Assembly: GCA_050951845.1 (NCBI GenBank)
Contig: JBMNJV010000006.1
Span: 295,565 to 359,564, forward strand
Length of the DNA stretch: 64,000 bases
Source of the DNA: Saccharofermentanales bacterium
GTDB lineage: Bacteria; Bacillota; Clostridia; Saccharofermentanales; DTU023
Direction: 5' to 3'
Shown: positions 53,252 through 62,916 of the stretch, piece after piece
Layout: every line of letters starts with the position of its first letter
Position numbering within the stretch: position 1 is the first letter of the stretch
Translations under genes and position numbers: made by a program
Notes under the pieces: model-generated
What the model was told of the DNA's origin: nothing
What the model saw: only the letters and a program-made list of their open reading frames with translations
Database searches by the model: none

Positions 53252-55366
53252 TTAGTTACTATCCTTAATTTTGCCAAATATAGTTACCCAGGTCCGGAGA
53301 CCATTGTCCAGGGTGATGCCGGTAAATATCATTGTATCAAAATAAGACCTCAGCATATTACTATTGTGTGAAGGAGAATTTTTCCAACCTTCAAAAACAG
53401 CTTCTACATCCCTATGTTTTTTTGCAATATTTTCACCGGCTGCATAACTATATCCTGTAGGCACTGCTGTGTCCCAACTTGATCCATCCGGTCTGGTATG
53501 GGAAAACTCATAGGTAATTTCAGCAGCTCGGATGTTCCCGCCTTCAAGCCAGTTATAGTCATAAGCAAGAGGTGCGGCACCGTTATTTTTCCTGTGTTGA
53601 TTGATTAAATCTAAAAACTGTTCCATTTCACCATATGTTAACGGTGTTCCTTCAACGACGGTTCCGTCAACTCCAATAAAACTGGTCTGATTTGTTACAA
53701 ATTGATCAGGAGTATTTCTTCTTAGTTGTGAACGGTAAACATAACCGGTTTGACCTTGATATTGAACCTTCAACCAATTATCTTGCCATATTCCGCTGAC
53801 ATAAGTATAATTCGTATACTTGCCCAGAACACTTCCGTTAGGAGCACTTCTGACATTAGTATTCGGAATAACATAGCCGGCGTATGTGATCGGAGTCTCA
53901 GATAATATATGACGATAAACCGCCATATCAATTCCGTTTTTATTCTCTATAATATAATCTCCGATGACTCTGCCTTTAATAAAATCTCCTCTGGACATTA
54001 TTCCGGTTATGTGGTTCAAGTTTTTATAATTTCTGAGATTGGTATCTGATTTGGCATAACGCACCTGAATGATCGGGTCTTTACACAGTTTTTCAATCTG
54101 GATATAAAAATACTTGAAAGAACATCCTCTTTGAGGATAATAAAACTTAACCCAATTACCATTCATCGTTCCTGAAATTTCCATACCGATTGGCAGTGTA
54201 TAAAAGACAACACTAGTAACATTGGGAGCAATATATGCATCGGTATCACCGGTTAAATATCCGGTAACTGTTAAAGGTTCCGTTTGAGTATTTGAATTAT
54301 AGACGTAATTCATCTGATTATTTCTTTTGAAATAAAGCCAATTTCCGGCAACATTTGCATCTGCGTAAATCGGCATCTCCAATGTTTCGGCAACTTGCCC
54401 GTTGGGACTTTTGCGCAAGTTAGATCCCGCTTTAATATAAACACTTCTTTGTTCAATAGGGCTATCTTGCAGTAAGGGTACATAGACATAGCCTGTGCTG
54501 CCATTGTATGTAAATTTGACCCAATCTCCTACCAGAACACCCTTAACTTGATCACCTCGGATAACTGTTCCGATAACATCCCTTCCGGGGAAACTACGAA
54601 CATTAATATTAGTTTTCGCATAACCGGTAATCGGCGGGTTATTGGTTGTTGTTACGCTATTTGCCACATAAGCCGTAGCTCCGTTATAGGTGAACTTGAG
54701 CCAGGCTCCTTCGATTGTGCCTTGAACAAACAAAGGCATTTTGAGAGTTGTTATCGGAGTGCCGTTCGGTGCATTTCTGATGATCGAATTAGCGTAGATA
54801 TAGCGTGTTACTTGTGACTGTCTTGAACTGCGGGATTGTGCCGGTGAGTCCTTCGTTTCATCAGATTGAGCATCCTCATTTGATTCAGCTGTTGCTGATT
54901 CTTCTTTTGCTGATTCTTGTTGTTCTTCCGACATTACTTCTGTTGGTGCCGGTTGTTCTGCCGCTTCTGATTCTTCCGCGGCGGTTTCTTCGGTTGAAGT
55001 TTCTTGTTCAACTGTTGTTTCTTCAGTCCTTAATTCCGGTTCTTCCGCTATCGTTTCTGTACTCGTTGATTCTTCTGAAGCAACAGTGTTTTCAGGTGAA
55101 ATCGTTTCAGAATCGCTCGTTGCTTCTTCTGATAACACTTCGTCTGTTTCAGATTCGGTTAGTGCAGCAGTTTCCGGACTGTCAGCTAAGTCTTCACTTT
55201 CAGTTGTTTCCGCAACATCATCAACTGCTTCTATCGTTTCAACAATTTCTGTATTATCTTCCAATGTCTCTGCTTTTACATCGACTGAGAAAACACTTGT
55301 TAACACTATCGAGATCAATAGAAACCAAATTAAGTTCCTGATAACCTTGTTTTTTTGCTTAAACAT
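53252..55366 (-). CDS. Secreted SH3b-repeat protein with a C-terminal CAP/SCP domain
   Basis: FSHTRPDG, GENIA, WKNSPSHNSNML; family signal peptide. Confidence 0.88.
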   Translation of the reverse strand: MFKQKNKVIRNLIWFLLISIVLTSVFSVDVKAETLEDNTEIVETIEAVDDVAETTESEDLADSPETAALTESETDEVLSEEATSDSETISPENTVASEESTSTETIAEEPELRTEETTVEQETSTEETAAEESEAAEQPAPTEVMSEEQQESAKEESATAESNEDAQSDETKDSPAQSRSSRQSQVTRYIYANSIIRNAPNGTPITTLKMPLFVQGTIEGAWLKFTYNGATAYVANSVTTTNNPPITGYAKTNINVRSFPGRDVIGTVIRGDQVKGVLVGDWVKFTYNGSTGYVYVPLLQDSPIEQRSVYIKAGSNLRKSPNGQVAETLEMPIYADANVAGNWLYFKRNNQMNYVYNSNTQTEPLTVTGYLTGDTDAYIAPNVTSVVFYTLPIGMEISGTMNGNWVKFYYPQRGCSFKYFYIQIEKLCKDPIIQVRYAKSDTNLRNYKNLNHITGIMSRGDFIKGRVIGDYIIENKNGIDMAVYRHILSETPITYAGYVIPNTNVRSAPNGSVLGKYTNYTYVSGIWQDNWLKVQYQGQTGYVYRSQLRRNTPDQFVTNQTSFIGVDGTVVEGTPLTYGEMEQFLDLINQHRKNNGAAPLAYDYNWLEGGNIRAAEITYEFSHTRPDGSSWDTAVPTGYSYAAGENIAKKHRDVEAVFEGWKNSPSHNSNMLRSYFDTMIFTGITLDNGLRTWVTIFGKIKDSN

Positions 55367-55402
55367 ATTACCCTCTCTCTCTAATTACTTAGTATTCTAT
55401 TA

Positions 55403-55655
55403 TCAAGGTTCTGTTCTGCTAAGTAAAGTCAACCATGTTCTAACACTATTGTTCAGTGTGATATCGGTAATCATTACGGCATTAAAATCAGGATTCAACA
55501 TATTTTTATTGTGTTCTTCTGAATTTTTCCAACCTTTAAATACGAATTCTACAGTAGGATAACCCCTTAAAATATTTTCATCATACCAAAAAACAGAATA
55601 CGTCGGGACTGCAGTGTCCAAAGTTTCTGTCATTCAGTAGCCTCTGTAATTTCAG
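55403..55655 (-). pseudogene. Collapsed CAP-family paralog: short N-terminal acidic relic fused to the variable C-terminal half of a CAP domain
   Basis: TEITEATE (cf. AEITEVAE of 46321-48594) joined out of frame to DTAVP…ENI…WKNSEEHNKNMLNPDF…SRTEP*; no signal peptide or SH3b repeats. Confidence 0.85.
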
Positions 55656-55700
55656 TATTTTCTTAAAGTTATTCTCACAATTCTTTCATGTGATACTAAT

Positions 55701-55751
55701 AAAAAAACAGCATACATACCCATATATAGATTCTATACCGGCATGTATGCT
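55701..55751 (-). terminator. Probable intrinsic terminator after the 55779-58076 gene
   Basis: gcatacat…atgtatgc stem plus U-tract; paralog of 48676-48728. Confidence 0.6.
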
Positions 55752-55778
55752 TTAAACGATTTATTGTCGGATTAATTG

Positions 55779-58076
55779 TTATTTGAATATTACATCTACT
55801 GCGTATCTGGCTTGATCTTGAGTAAACATGGTAGCAGCTTCTGATGACAATTGATCATACAGATTTTGTTTATTCCAATCAGGGAATGTTTTTAAGAAAC
55901 CTCTGCCCGATTTAACAGCCTCCTGATACCAATTGGCACCACAATTTTCGGTAGCATATTGTGCTGCTTTCTCACTAAATTTTTCAAATAATAATTGTTC
56001 GTATAAATCTTGTTTTGAAAAAGATATTATTTTTAAATATTGTTTTGCCACAGATAAAGCATTTTTATATTCATTAGTTACGGTTGATCCATATGAAGCA
56101 GTATAACTTACGCCATATGATGACGGTTTATAATCTCTGATATCTGATTTATAAACATATTGTGTAATTCCGCGGTAATCAACTTTCAACCAATCTCCTT
56201 GCCAAACACCTGTTATATCATTTGTGAATCTATGGCTATCGTAACTGTTGCCATTTGGTTCAAAATATTTTTTGGCATTTGCCATAACATAACCTTTATA
56301 GGTTACAGGCTTGGTTGAAACTAAACTGTAGTATACAGTTGCTTTCTTGTTATTATAAGTAAATACAACTTTATTGCCGATCAATTGTCCGGATACCGGT
56401 CGTCCTTTGAATAATGTTCCGATAACCGAATTATCACTATAACTTCTGACAGACAAGTTTTGACTTGCATACCCGGTTACTTTAACCGGATCTTTTTGCA
56501 ATAATGTGGCATAAACATAAGCATTTTTTCCGTTATAGGTAAATCTTACCATGTTACCGACCAAAACACCTTTGACCTGACGACCTAACGCTAATGTTCC
56601 GATCACTGATCCACTCGGGGTATTTCTTACATTCAATTTTTGTTTAGCATAACCTGCCATAGCAGGATTGCTTGTCGTGGTTACACCCATCGCTACATAA
56701 GCGGCCTTACCGTTATAGGTAAATCTGAGCCAGGAGCCTTGTATTGTACCGGTTACAAAAAGCGGACGCCATAAAGTGGTCACCACGCTGCCGTTCGGCG
56801 CATTTCTGACTACTGATTTAGCATAGATATAGCATGTTGTTTGAATCGGCGTTCCTTGCAGCAACGATGCATAAACATAGCCGGTTTGTCCTTTATAAGT
56901 GAACCTGACCGAATTTCCAACCAGCACACCTTTAACTTCGTAACCTTTGGCAATCGTACCCAAAACCGCTCCACCCGGAGTTTTTCTTACGTTAATTGCA
57001 TTCTTGGCATAACCGGTGATCGGCGGATTATTGGATGTTGTTACACCTTGTGCTACATAAGCTGCCTTGCCGTTATAAATAAATCTGATCCAGGAACCAT
57101 GAATTGTACCGGTCACAAACAACGGCATTTTGAGCGTTGTAATCACACTGCCGTTTGGTGCATTTCTGACTACCGAATTAGCATAAATATAGCATGTTAT
57201 TTGAATCGGCGTTCCTTGCAACGTAGAAACATAAACATAACCGGTTTGGCCATTATAAGTAAATCTGGCCCTGTTACCGACCAGAACACCTTTGACTTCG
57301 TAACCTTTGGGAATGGTACCTAAAACTGTTGCACCGGAAGCATTTCTTACATTAACCGCACTCTTCGCATAACCGGTTATCGCCGGATTATTGGTCGTTG
57401 TCACGCTTGTTGCTACATAAGCTGCATTGCCGTTATAAGTAAATCTGAACCAGGATCCTTGTATTGTACCTGTCACGAACAGCGGCATTTTGAGCGTAGT
57501 AATTACGCTGCCGTTAGGTGCACTTCTGATTATTGAATTAGCATAGATATAGCGTGTTACTTGTGATTGTATTGAACGAGCTGCAGGTTTCGGAGCAGTA
57601 ACAACTTCATCAGATTGAGTGCTATCATTTACTGTTTCACTTAACGATTCTTCGACTGCTTCTTGTGCTTCTGCTACAACTTCTTCGATTGATTCCGGTT
57701 GTTCTTCGGTTGATGCAGGTTGTTCTTCCTCTGATTCTGCGATTGCAGTTTCTTCAGGTGAGATTTCCGGTTCTTGAACTTCTGCTTGTTCTTGAACTTC
57801 TGTCGATTCTTCAACTTCTGTACTCTCTGCCGATTCCACTTCTGTTGGTACCGGGTCAGTCGGTGTAACGACTTGTTCCTCTCCAGCAAGTGTTTCCGAA
57901 CTTTCTGTTAAGTCCTCACTTGCCGTTGTTTCAGCAATTTCATCAATTGTTTCTACAGTTTCTGAAGTTTCAATTATTTCAGCATTTACACTAATTGAAG
58001 AGATGTTTGTAAATACCAATGAAAATAAGAGAACCCAAACAATAGTTTTAAGAATCATATTGTTTTTCTTAATCAT
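55779..58076 (-). CDS. Secreted SH3b-repeat protein with two C-terminal Ltp-family repeats
   Basis: EYKNALSVAKQYL…SKQDLYEQL…EKFSEKAAQYA and NWYQEAVKS…KQNLYDQLSSE…FTQDQARYAVD. Confidence 0.82.
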   Translation of the reverse strand: MIKKNNMILKTIVWVLLFSLVFTNISSISVNAEIIETSETVETIDEIAETTASEDLTESSETLAGEEQVVTPTDPVPTEVESAESTEVEESTEVQEQAEVQEPEISPEETAIAESEEEQPASTEEQPESIEEVVAEAQEAVEESLSETVNDSTQSDEVVTAPKPAARSIQSQVTRYIYANSIIRSAPNGSVITTLKMPLFVTGTIQGSWFRFTYNGNAAYVATSVTTTNNPAITGYAKSAVNVRNASGATVLGTIPKGYEVKGVLVGNRARFTYNGQTGYVYVSTLQGTPIQITCYIYANSVVRNAPNGSVITTLKMPLFVTGTIHGSWIRFIYNGKAAYVAQGVTTSNNPPITGYAKNAINVRKTPGGAVLGTIAKGYEVKGVLVGNSVRFTYKGQTGYVYASLLQGTPIQTTCYIYAKSVVRNAPNGSVVTTLWRPLFVTGTIQGSWLRFTYNGKAAYVAMGVTTTSNPAMAGYAKQKLNVRNTPSGSVIGTLALGRQVKGVLVGNMVRFTYNGKNAYVYATLLQKDPVKVTGYASQNLSVRSYSDNSVIGTLFKGRPVSGQLIGNKVVFTYNNKKATVYYSLVSTKPVTYKGYVMANAKKYFEPNGNSYDSHRFTNDITGVWQGDWLKVDYRGITQYVYKSDIRDYKPSSYGVSYTASYGSTVTNEYKNALSVAKQYLKIISFSKQDLYEQLLFEKFSEKAAQYATENCGANWYQEAVKSGRGFLKTFPDWNKQNLYDQLSSEAATMFTQDQARYAVDVIFK

Positions 58077-58263
58077 TTATTATCCTCCTTTTTGGATATA
58101 ACTTTTGTGTCATACAAATTATATTGGATTATTGTAAAGAACCGGTTAAATAAAACCAATTTCATATAAAACAACAACATAATCGCTTCCATCTCAATAT
58201 CAGGTTGTTAATTTGGTTTATTTGTTCCGTTCTGTATCGTTTCGCTCTCAACTGACTTATACA

Positions 58264-58302
58264 ATAAAAAAACAGCGTACCGGCTGAAACAGGCACGCTG
58301 TT
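58264..58302 (-). terminator. Intrinsic terminator after the 58374-60542 gene
   Basis: Minus strand AACAGCGTGCC-loop-GGTACGCTGTT followed by TTTTT. Confidence 0.75.
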
Positions 58303-58373
58303 ATGAAATCTGGTTTTATGTGTTTGTCTCAAGTTCAGAGTGTATTAATTCAAATATGGATCATATCTGAAAA

Positions 58374-60542
58374 TTATTTAATTGCACCACATTCGCAGAC
58401 ATAATCGATACTTTCCAGATATTGAGGTTCTTTAACATAGATCGTCCAAGGAATTGTGGGTTTATCACGAACTCCGTCCCATTCAATTGACGGAACATAA
58501 TTTCCATGCTGAGTCGAAATGTCATTAGCAAAACAATAATCATCATAAATATCCATATCTTCCGGACTTTTTGCAATATATCCGGTTGCAAAGTAGTAAG
58601 CTATTCCGCCATACTCTTGTACACCCACAGGAAGAGTTTCACCATTGCCATATTCCGGATCACTTACATCAAGTGCCATAATTATTGTATCTTTAAAATA
58701 GCCATCAGATATTTTCTCTTTTTTATAAACTGATCTCCAATTATGTTGATGACTGAGGGTGGGAACTGTAGAACTTAATTCCACACAAGCTGAGTAAGCT
58801 ATGTAGCCTTTTTGATAAGTAAAATGAAACCATTTGTCTTTAATATAACCATTTTCTGCAAGAAATGTTTGCTCAGATATTTCGATTATGCGACCTAAAG
58901 GCTTAGGTTTAGTGCGAATAATTGAATTAGCTGCTACATATCTAGCCATATAGACAGCATTCTGTTGGAGGAATGAAGCATCCACATAACCGGTTTCATT
59001 ATTAAAATGAATCTTTATATTATTACCTACTAAAACACCTTGCACCTGGAAACCGATTGGAATTATATGAGTAATTATTCCACCCGGTGTTTTTCTGACA
59101 TTAACAGTTCGATTGATATAACCTGATATCGGCGGGTTATTCGCGGTTGTTACACCTGCAGCGACATAAGCAGTACTCCCGTTATAATTAAACTTAATCC
59201 ATGCACCTTCTCTCGTACCTTTAATCAATACCGGTCGCCATAAAGTAGTGATTTCCTCTCCGTTCGGTGCACCTCGGATAATTGAATTCGCATAGATATA
59301 ACATGTTACTTGAACCGGTGTTGCTTGTAACATGGATACGTAAACATAAGCTGTTTGCCCCTTATAAGTGAAGCGTACCATATTGCCTGCCAAAACACCG
59401 TTGACCCGATTTCCTAAAGGAAGTACACCAAGAACTGATCCTCCGGGAGCATTGCGCACGTTAACTGCACTCTTAGCATAACCGGTAATCGGCGGGTTAT
59501 CGGTTGTCGTTACACTATTTGCTACATAAGCATCATTTCCGTTATAGGTAAACTTGAGCCAGGCTCCTTCAATTGTTCCTTGAACAAACAAAGGCATTTT
59601 GAGAGTTGTTATTGCGCTGCCGTTCGGTGCACTTCTGATGATTGAATTGGCATAGATATAACGTGTTACTTGAACCGGTGTTGCTTGTAACATGGATACG
59701 TAAACATAAGCTGTTTGCCCTTTATAAGTGAAGCGTACCATATTGCCTACCAAAACACCGTTGACCCGATTACCTAAAGGAAGTACCCCAAGAACTGATC
59801 CCCCGGGAGCATTGCGTACGTTAACTGCGCTTTTCGCATAACCGGTAATCGGCGGGTTACCGGTTGTCGTTACGCTGTTTGCCACATAGGCTGTAGCTCC
59901 GTTAAAGCTAAACCTGAGCCAGGCTCCTTCAATTGTTCCTTGAACAAACAAAGGCATTTTCAGAGTTGTTATCGGACTGCCGTTCGGTGCACTTCTGATT
60001 ATGGAATTAGCATAAATATAGCGTGTTACCTGTGATTGTCTTGAACGGCGGGATTGTATCGGTGAGTCCTTCGTTTCAACAGATTGAGCATCCTCATTTG
60101 ATTCTGCTGTTATTGACTCTTCTGTTGCAACGGTGTTTTCAGTTAAAGTCGTTTTAGAATCGCTTGTTTCTTCTTCGGATGTTTCTGACTCAGTGATATC
60201 AGTAGCAGTTTCCGGACTGTCAGCTAAATCCTCACTTTCTGTTGTTTCTGCAATCTCAGATATACCGGAAGCTTCCGGTATATCAGTAATTTCTGTTGCC
60301 GGATTTGCCATTACACCTGATCCAACGGATTGAGTTGGTTCAGATATTTCTGTTTCTGTATCTGTTTCTTCTGTTGTTTCCGTTGATCTTGTTATTTCAT
60401 CAAGCTCTGCTTTTTTTCCAGTTTCAGCACTCTCTTCCAACGTCTCTGCTTTTACAGCAACTGAAAAAACACTTGTGAACACTATTGAAAGCAATAAAAG
60501 CATCACAAAGAAATTTGTAACAGTATTCTTTTTTCTTAACAT
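58374..60542 (-). CDS. Secreted SH3b-repeat protein with an unknown C-terminal domain bounded by HQHNW and CECG motifs
   Basis: Family signal peptide, acidic linker, 360-bp A/B repeat pairs; tail HQHNWRSVY…YVCECGAIK. Confidence 0.82.
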   Translation of the reverse strand: MLRKKNTVTNFFVMLLLLSIVFTSVFSVAVKAETLEESAETGKKAELDEITRSTETTEETDTETEISEPTQSVGSGVMANPATEITDIPEASGISEIAETTESEDLADSPETATDITESETSEEETSDSKTTLTENTVATEESITAESNEDAQSVETKDSPIQSRRSRQSQVTRYIYANSIIRSAPNGSPITTLKMPLFVQGTIEGAWLRFSFNGATAYVANSVTTTGNPPITGYAKSAVNVRNAPGGSVLGVLPLGNRVNGVLVGNMVRFTYKGQTAYVYVSMLQATPVQVTRYIYANSIIRSAPNGSAITTLKMPLFVQGTIEGAWLKFTYNGNDAYVANSVTTTDNPPITGYAKSAVNVRNAPGGSVLGVLPLGNRVNGVLAGNMVRFTYKGQTAYVYVSMLQATPVQVTCYIYANSIIRGAPNGEEITTLWRPVLIKGTREGAWIKFNYNGSTAYVAAGVTTANNPPISGYINRTVNVRKTPGGIITHIIPIGFQVQGVLVGNNIKIHFNNETGYVDASFLQQNAVYMARYVAANSIIRTKPKPLGRIIEISEQTFLAENGYIKDKWFHFTYQKGYIAYSACVELSSTVPTLSHQHNWRSVYKKEKISDGYFKDTIIMALDVSDPEYGNGETLPVGVQEYGGIAYYFATGYIAKSPEDMDIYDDYCFANDISTQHGNYVPSIEWDGVRDKPTIPWTIYVKEPQYLESIDYVCECGAIK

Positions 60543-60594
60543 TTTATCCTCTTCTTTATAAATATTATTCTTTTCTTTATCAAAACAATATTGC

Positions 60595-62916
60595 TCACCA
60601 AGATTCAGTTTTGCTAAACAACGTTACCCATGTTCTAATGCCATCGTTCAGTGTGAGACCGGTAAACATTACGGCATTAAAATTAGGATTCAACATATTT
60701 TCATTGTGTCCTTCTGAATTTTTCCAACCTTCAAATACATGTTCTACATTCAAATAGCCCCATGCAATATTTTCACCCATCCAAGAAACATAATCTGACG
60801 GGACTGCTGTGAAACAGCTTGAACCGTCCGGTCGGGTATGGGAAAACTCATATGCAATTTCAGCAGCTCGTATATTTCCGCCAGCAAGCCAATTGTAGTC
60901 ATAAACAAGAGGTGCAGCTCCGTTATTTTTCCTGTGTTGATTGATTAAAGCTAAAAACCGTTCCATCTCACCGTATGTCAAAGCTGTCCCTTCAACGACT
61001 GTTCCATCTACTCCGGTAAAGCTGGTCTGGTTTGTAACTGCTTGATTGGGATTATTATTTCTTAGTTGTGCGCGATAAATATATCCGGTTCGCCCTCGGT
61101 ATTGAATTTTCAACCAATTGCCCTGCCATGTTCCGCTGACATAAGTATATTGTGAATACCTGCCTAAAACACTTCCGTTAGGGGCACTCCTGACATTTGT
61201 ATTCGGAATGGCATATCCGGCATATTGAATCGGAGTTGCTGATAAATTATGACGATAAACCGCCATGTCAATGCCGTTTTTATTCTCTATAATATAGTCA
61301 CCAATGACTCTGCCTTTAATAAATTCGCCTCTCGACATTTTACCGACTATATGCTTTAAATTATTGTAATTTCTGACATTAGTATCTGACTTGGCATAAC
61401 GTACCTGAATTATCGGATCTTTACGCAGTGTTCCGATATGGACATAACAAGTTTGAGAACACCAATATCCTTCGAATATGAATTCAACCCAATTGCCGTT
61501 CATTGTCCCTGAAATTTCCATACCGATTGGCAGTTCTTCATAGATTTCACTATTTATATCAGGAGAAACTCGTGCGTTGGTATCACCCCTTAAATATCCG
61601 GTTACAGTTAAAGGGGTAGTTTGAGTATTTGAATTATATACATAATTCAGCCGGCTATTTCTTTGGAAATAGAGCCAATTACCCGCAACATTTACTTTTA
61701 CATATATCGGCATATCTAATTTCTCTATTACCTGACCATTGGGACTGTTACGTAAATTTGATCCTGCTTTGATATAAACATATTTTTGTTCAACAGGACT
61801 ATCTTGGAGTAAGGGTACATAGACATAGCCTGTACTGCCGTTATAAGTAAATTTGACCCAGTTGCCGACCAGAACGCCTTTGACTTGGTCACCTCTGATT
61901 ACTGTACCGATAACTGCTCCGCCCGGGGTTTTTCTTACATTAATTGCACTTTTGGCATATCCGGTAATCGGCGGGTTATTGGTTGTGGTCACGCTCATTG
62001 CCACATAGGCAGTACTTCCGTTATAGGTGAATTTGAGCCAGGCACCCTGGATTGTACCGGTCACGAACAACGGCATTTTAAGAGTAGTTATTATACTGCC
62101 GTTTGGTGAACTCCTGATGATCGAATTGGCATAAATATAGCGTGTTACTTGTGACTGTCTTGAACGGCGGGATTGTGCCGGTGAATCCTTCGTTTCATCA
62201 GACTGAGCATCCTCATTTGATTCAGCTGTTGCTGATTCTTCTTGCTCTGTTACTGACTCTTCTTGCTCTGTTGCTGACTCTTCTTGCTCTGCTCCGGATT
62301 TATCTGTTGGTGCCGGCTGTTCTGCCGGTTCTGATTCTTCTGAGACTGTTTCTTCGGTTGAAGTTTCTTGTTCAACTGTTGTTTCTTCAGTCCTTACTTC
62401 AGGTTCTTCCGCTATTGTTTCTTCACTCGTTGATTCTTCTGTAGTAACAGTGTTTTCAGGTGAAGTACCTTCGGAATCGCTCGTTGCTTCTTCTGATAAC
62501 ACTTCGTCTGTTTCAGATTCGGTGAGTGCAACGGCAGTTTCCGGACTGTCAGCCAAGTCCTCGCTTTCAGTTATTTCTGCAATTTCATCAACTGCTTCGA
62601 TCGTTTCTGCAATCTCAGCTATATCGGAAGCTTCCGGTATATCAGTAATTTCGATAGCCGGATCAGTTATTACATCTGATTCAACGGGTTGTGTTGGTTC
62701 AGATATTGCTGTTTCTTCTGTTTCTTCTGTTTCTTCTGTTTCTTCTGTTGTTTCCGTTGATCCTATTATTTCAGCAAGCTCTGTTGTTTTTCCAGTTTCA
62801 GCATTCTCTTCCAACGTCTCTGCTTTTACATCGACTGAGAAAACACTTGTGAACACTATTGAGATTAATAGAATCCAAATTATGTTTCTGATCACAGTAT
62901 TCTTTCGCTTTACCAT
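60595..62916 (-). CDS. Secreted SH3b-repeat protein with a C-terminal CAP/SCP domain
   Basis: FSHTRPDG, GENIAWG, WKNSEGHNENML; family signal peptide. Confidence 0.88.
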   Translation of the reverse strand: MVKRKNTVIRNIIWILLISIVFTSVFSVDVKAETLEENAETGKTTELAEIIGSTETTEETEETEETEETAISEPTQPVESDVITDPAIEITDIPEASDIAEIAETIEAVDEIAEITESEDLADSPETAVALTESETDEVLSEEATSDSEGTSPENTVTTEESTSEETIAEEPEVRTEETTVEQETSTEETVSEESEPAEQPAPTDKSGAEQEESATEQEESVTEQEESATAESNEDAQSDETKDSPAQSRRSRQSQVTRYIYANSIIRSSPNGSIITTLKMPLFVTGTIQGAWLKFTYNGSTAYVAMSVTTTNNPPITGYAKSAINVRKTPGGAVIGTVIRGDQVKGVLVGNWVKFTYNGSTGYVYVPLLQDSPVEQKYVYIKAGSNLRNSPNGQVIEKLDMPIYVKVNVAGNWLYFQRNSRLNYVYNSNTQTTPLTVTGYLRGDTNARVSPDINSEIYEELPIGMEISGTMNGNWVEFIFEGYWCSQTCYVHIGTLRKDPIIQVRYAKSDTNVRNYNNLKHIVGKMSRGEFIKGRVIGDYIIENKNGIDMAVYRHNLSATPIQYAGYAIPNTNVRSAPNGSVLGRYSQYTYVSGTWQGNWLKIQYRGRTGYIYRAQLRNNNPNQAVTNQTSFTGVDGTVVEGTALTYGEMERFLALINQHRKNNGAAPLVYDYNWLAGGNIRAAEIAYEFSHTRPDGSSCFTAVPSDYVSWMGENIAWGYLNVEHVFEGWKNSEGHNENMLNPNFNAVMFTGLTLNDGIRTWVTLFSKTESW

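Noticed and set aside
48757-58076. Prophage around the Ltp-domain genes
   Set aside because: No integrase, structural, replication or lysis-module phage genes are present
58133-58149. WalR box (TGTAAA-N5-GGTTAA) upstream of gene 55779
   Set aside because: Single one-mismatch hit in AT-rich DNA, not found in the paralogous region upstream of 48757; needs a genome-wide PWM scan
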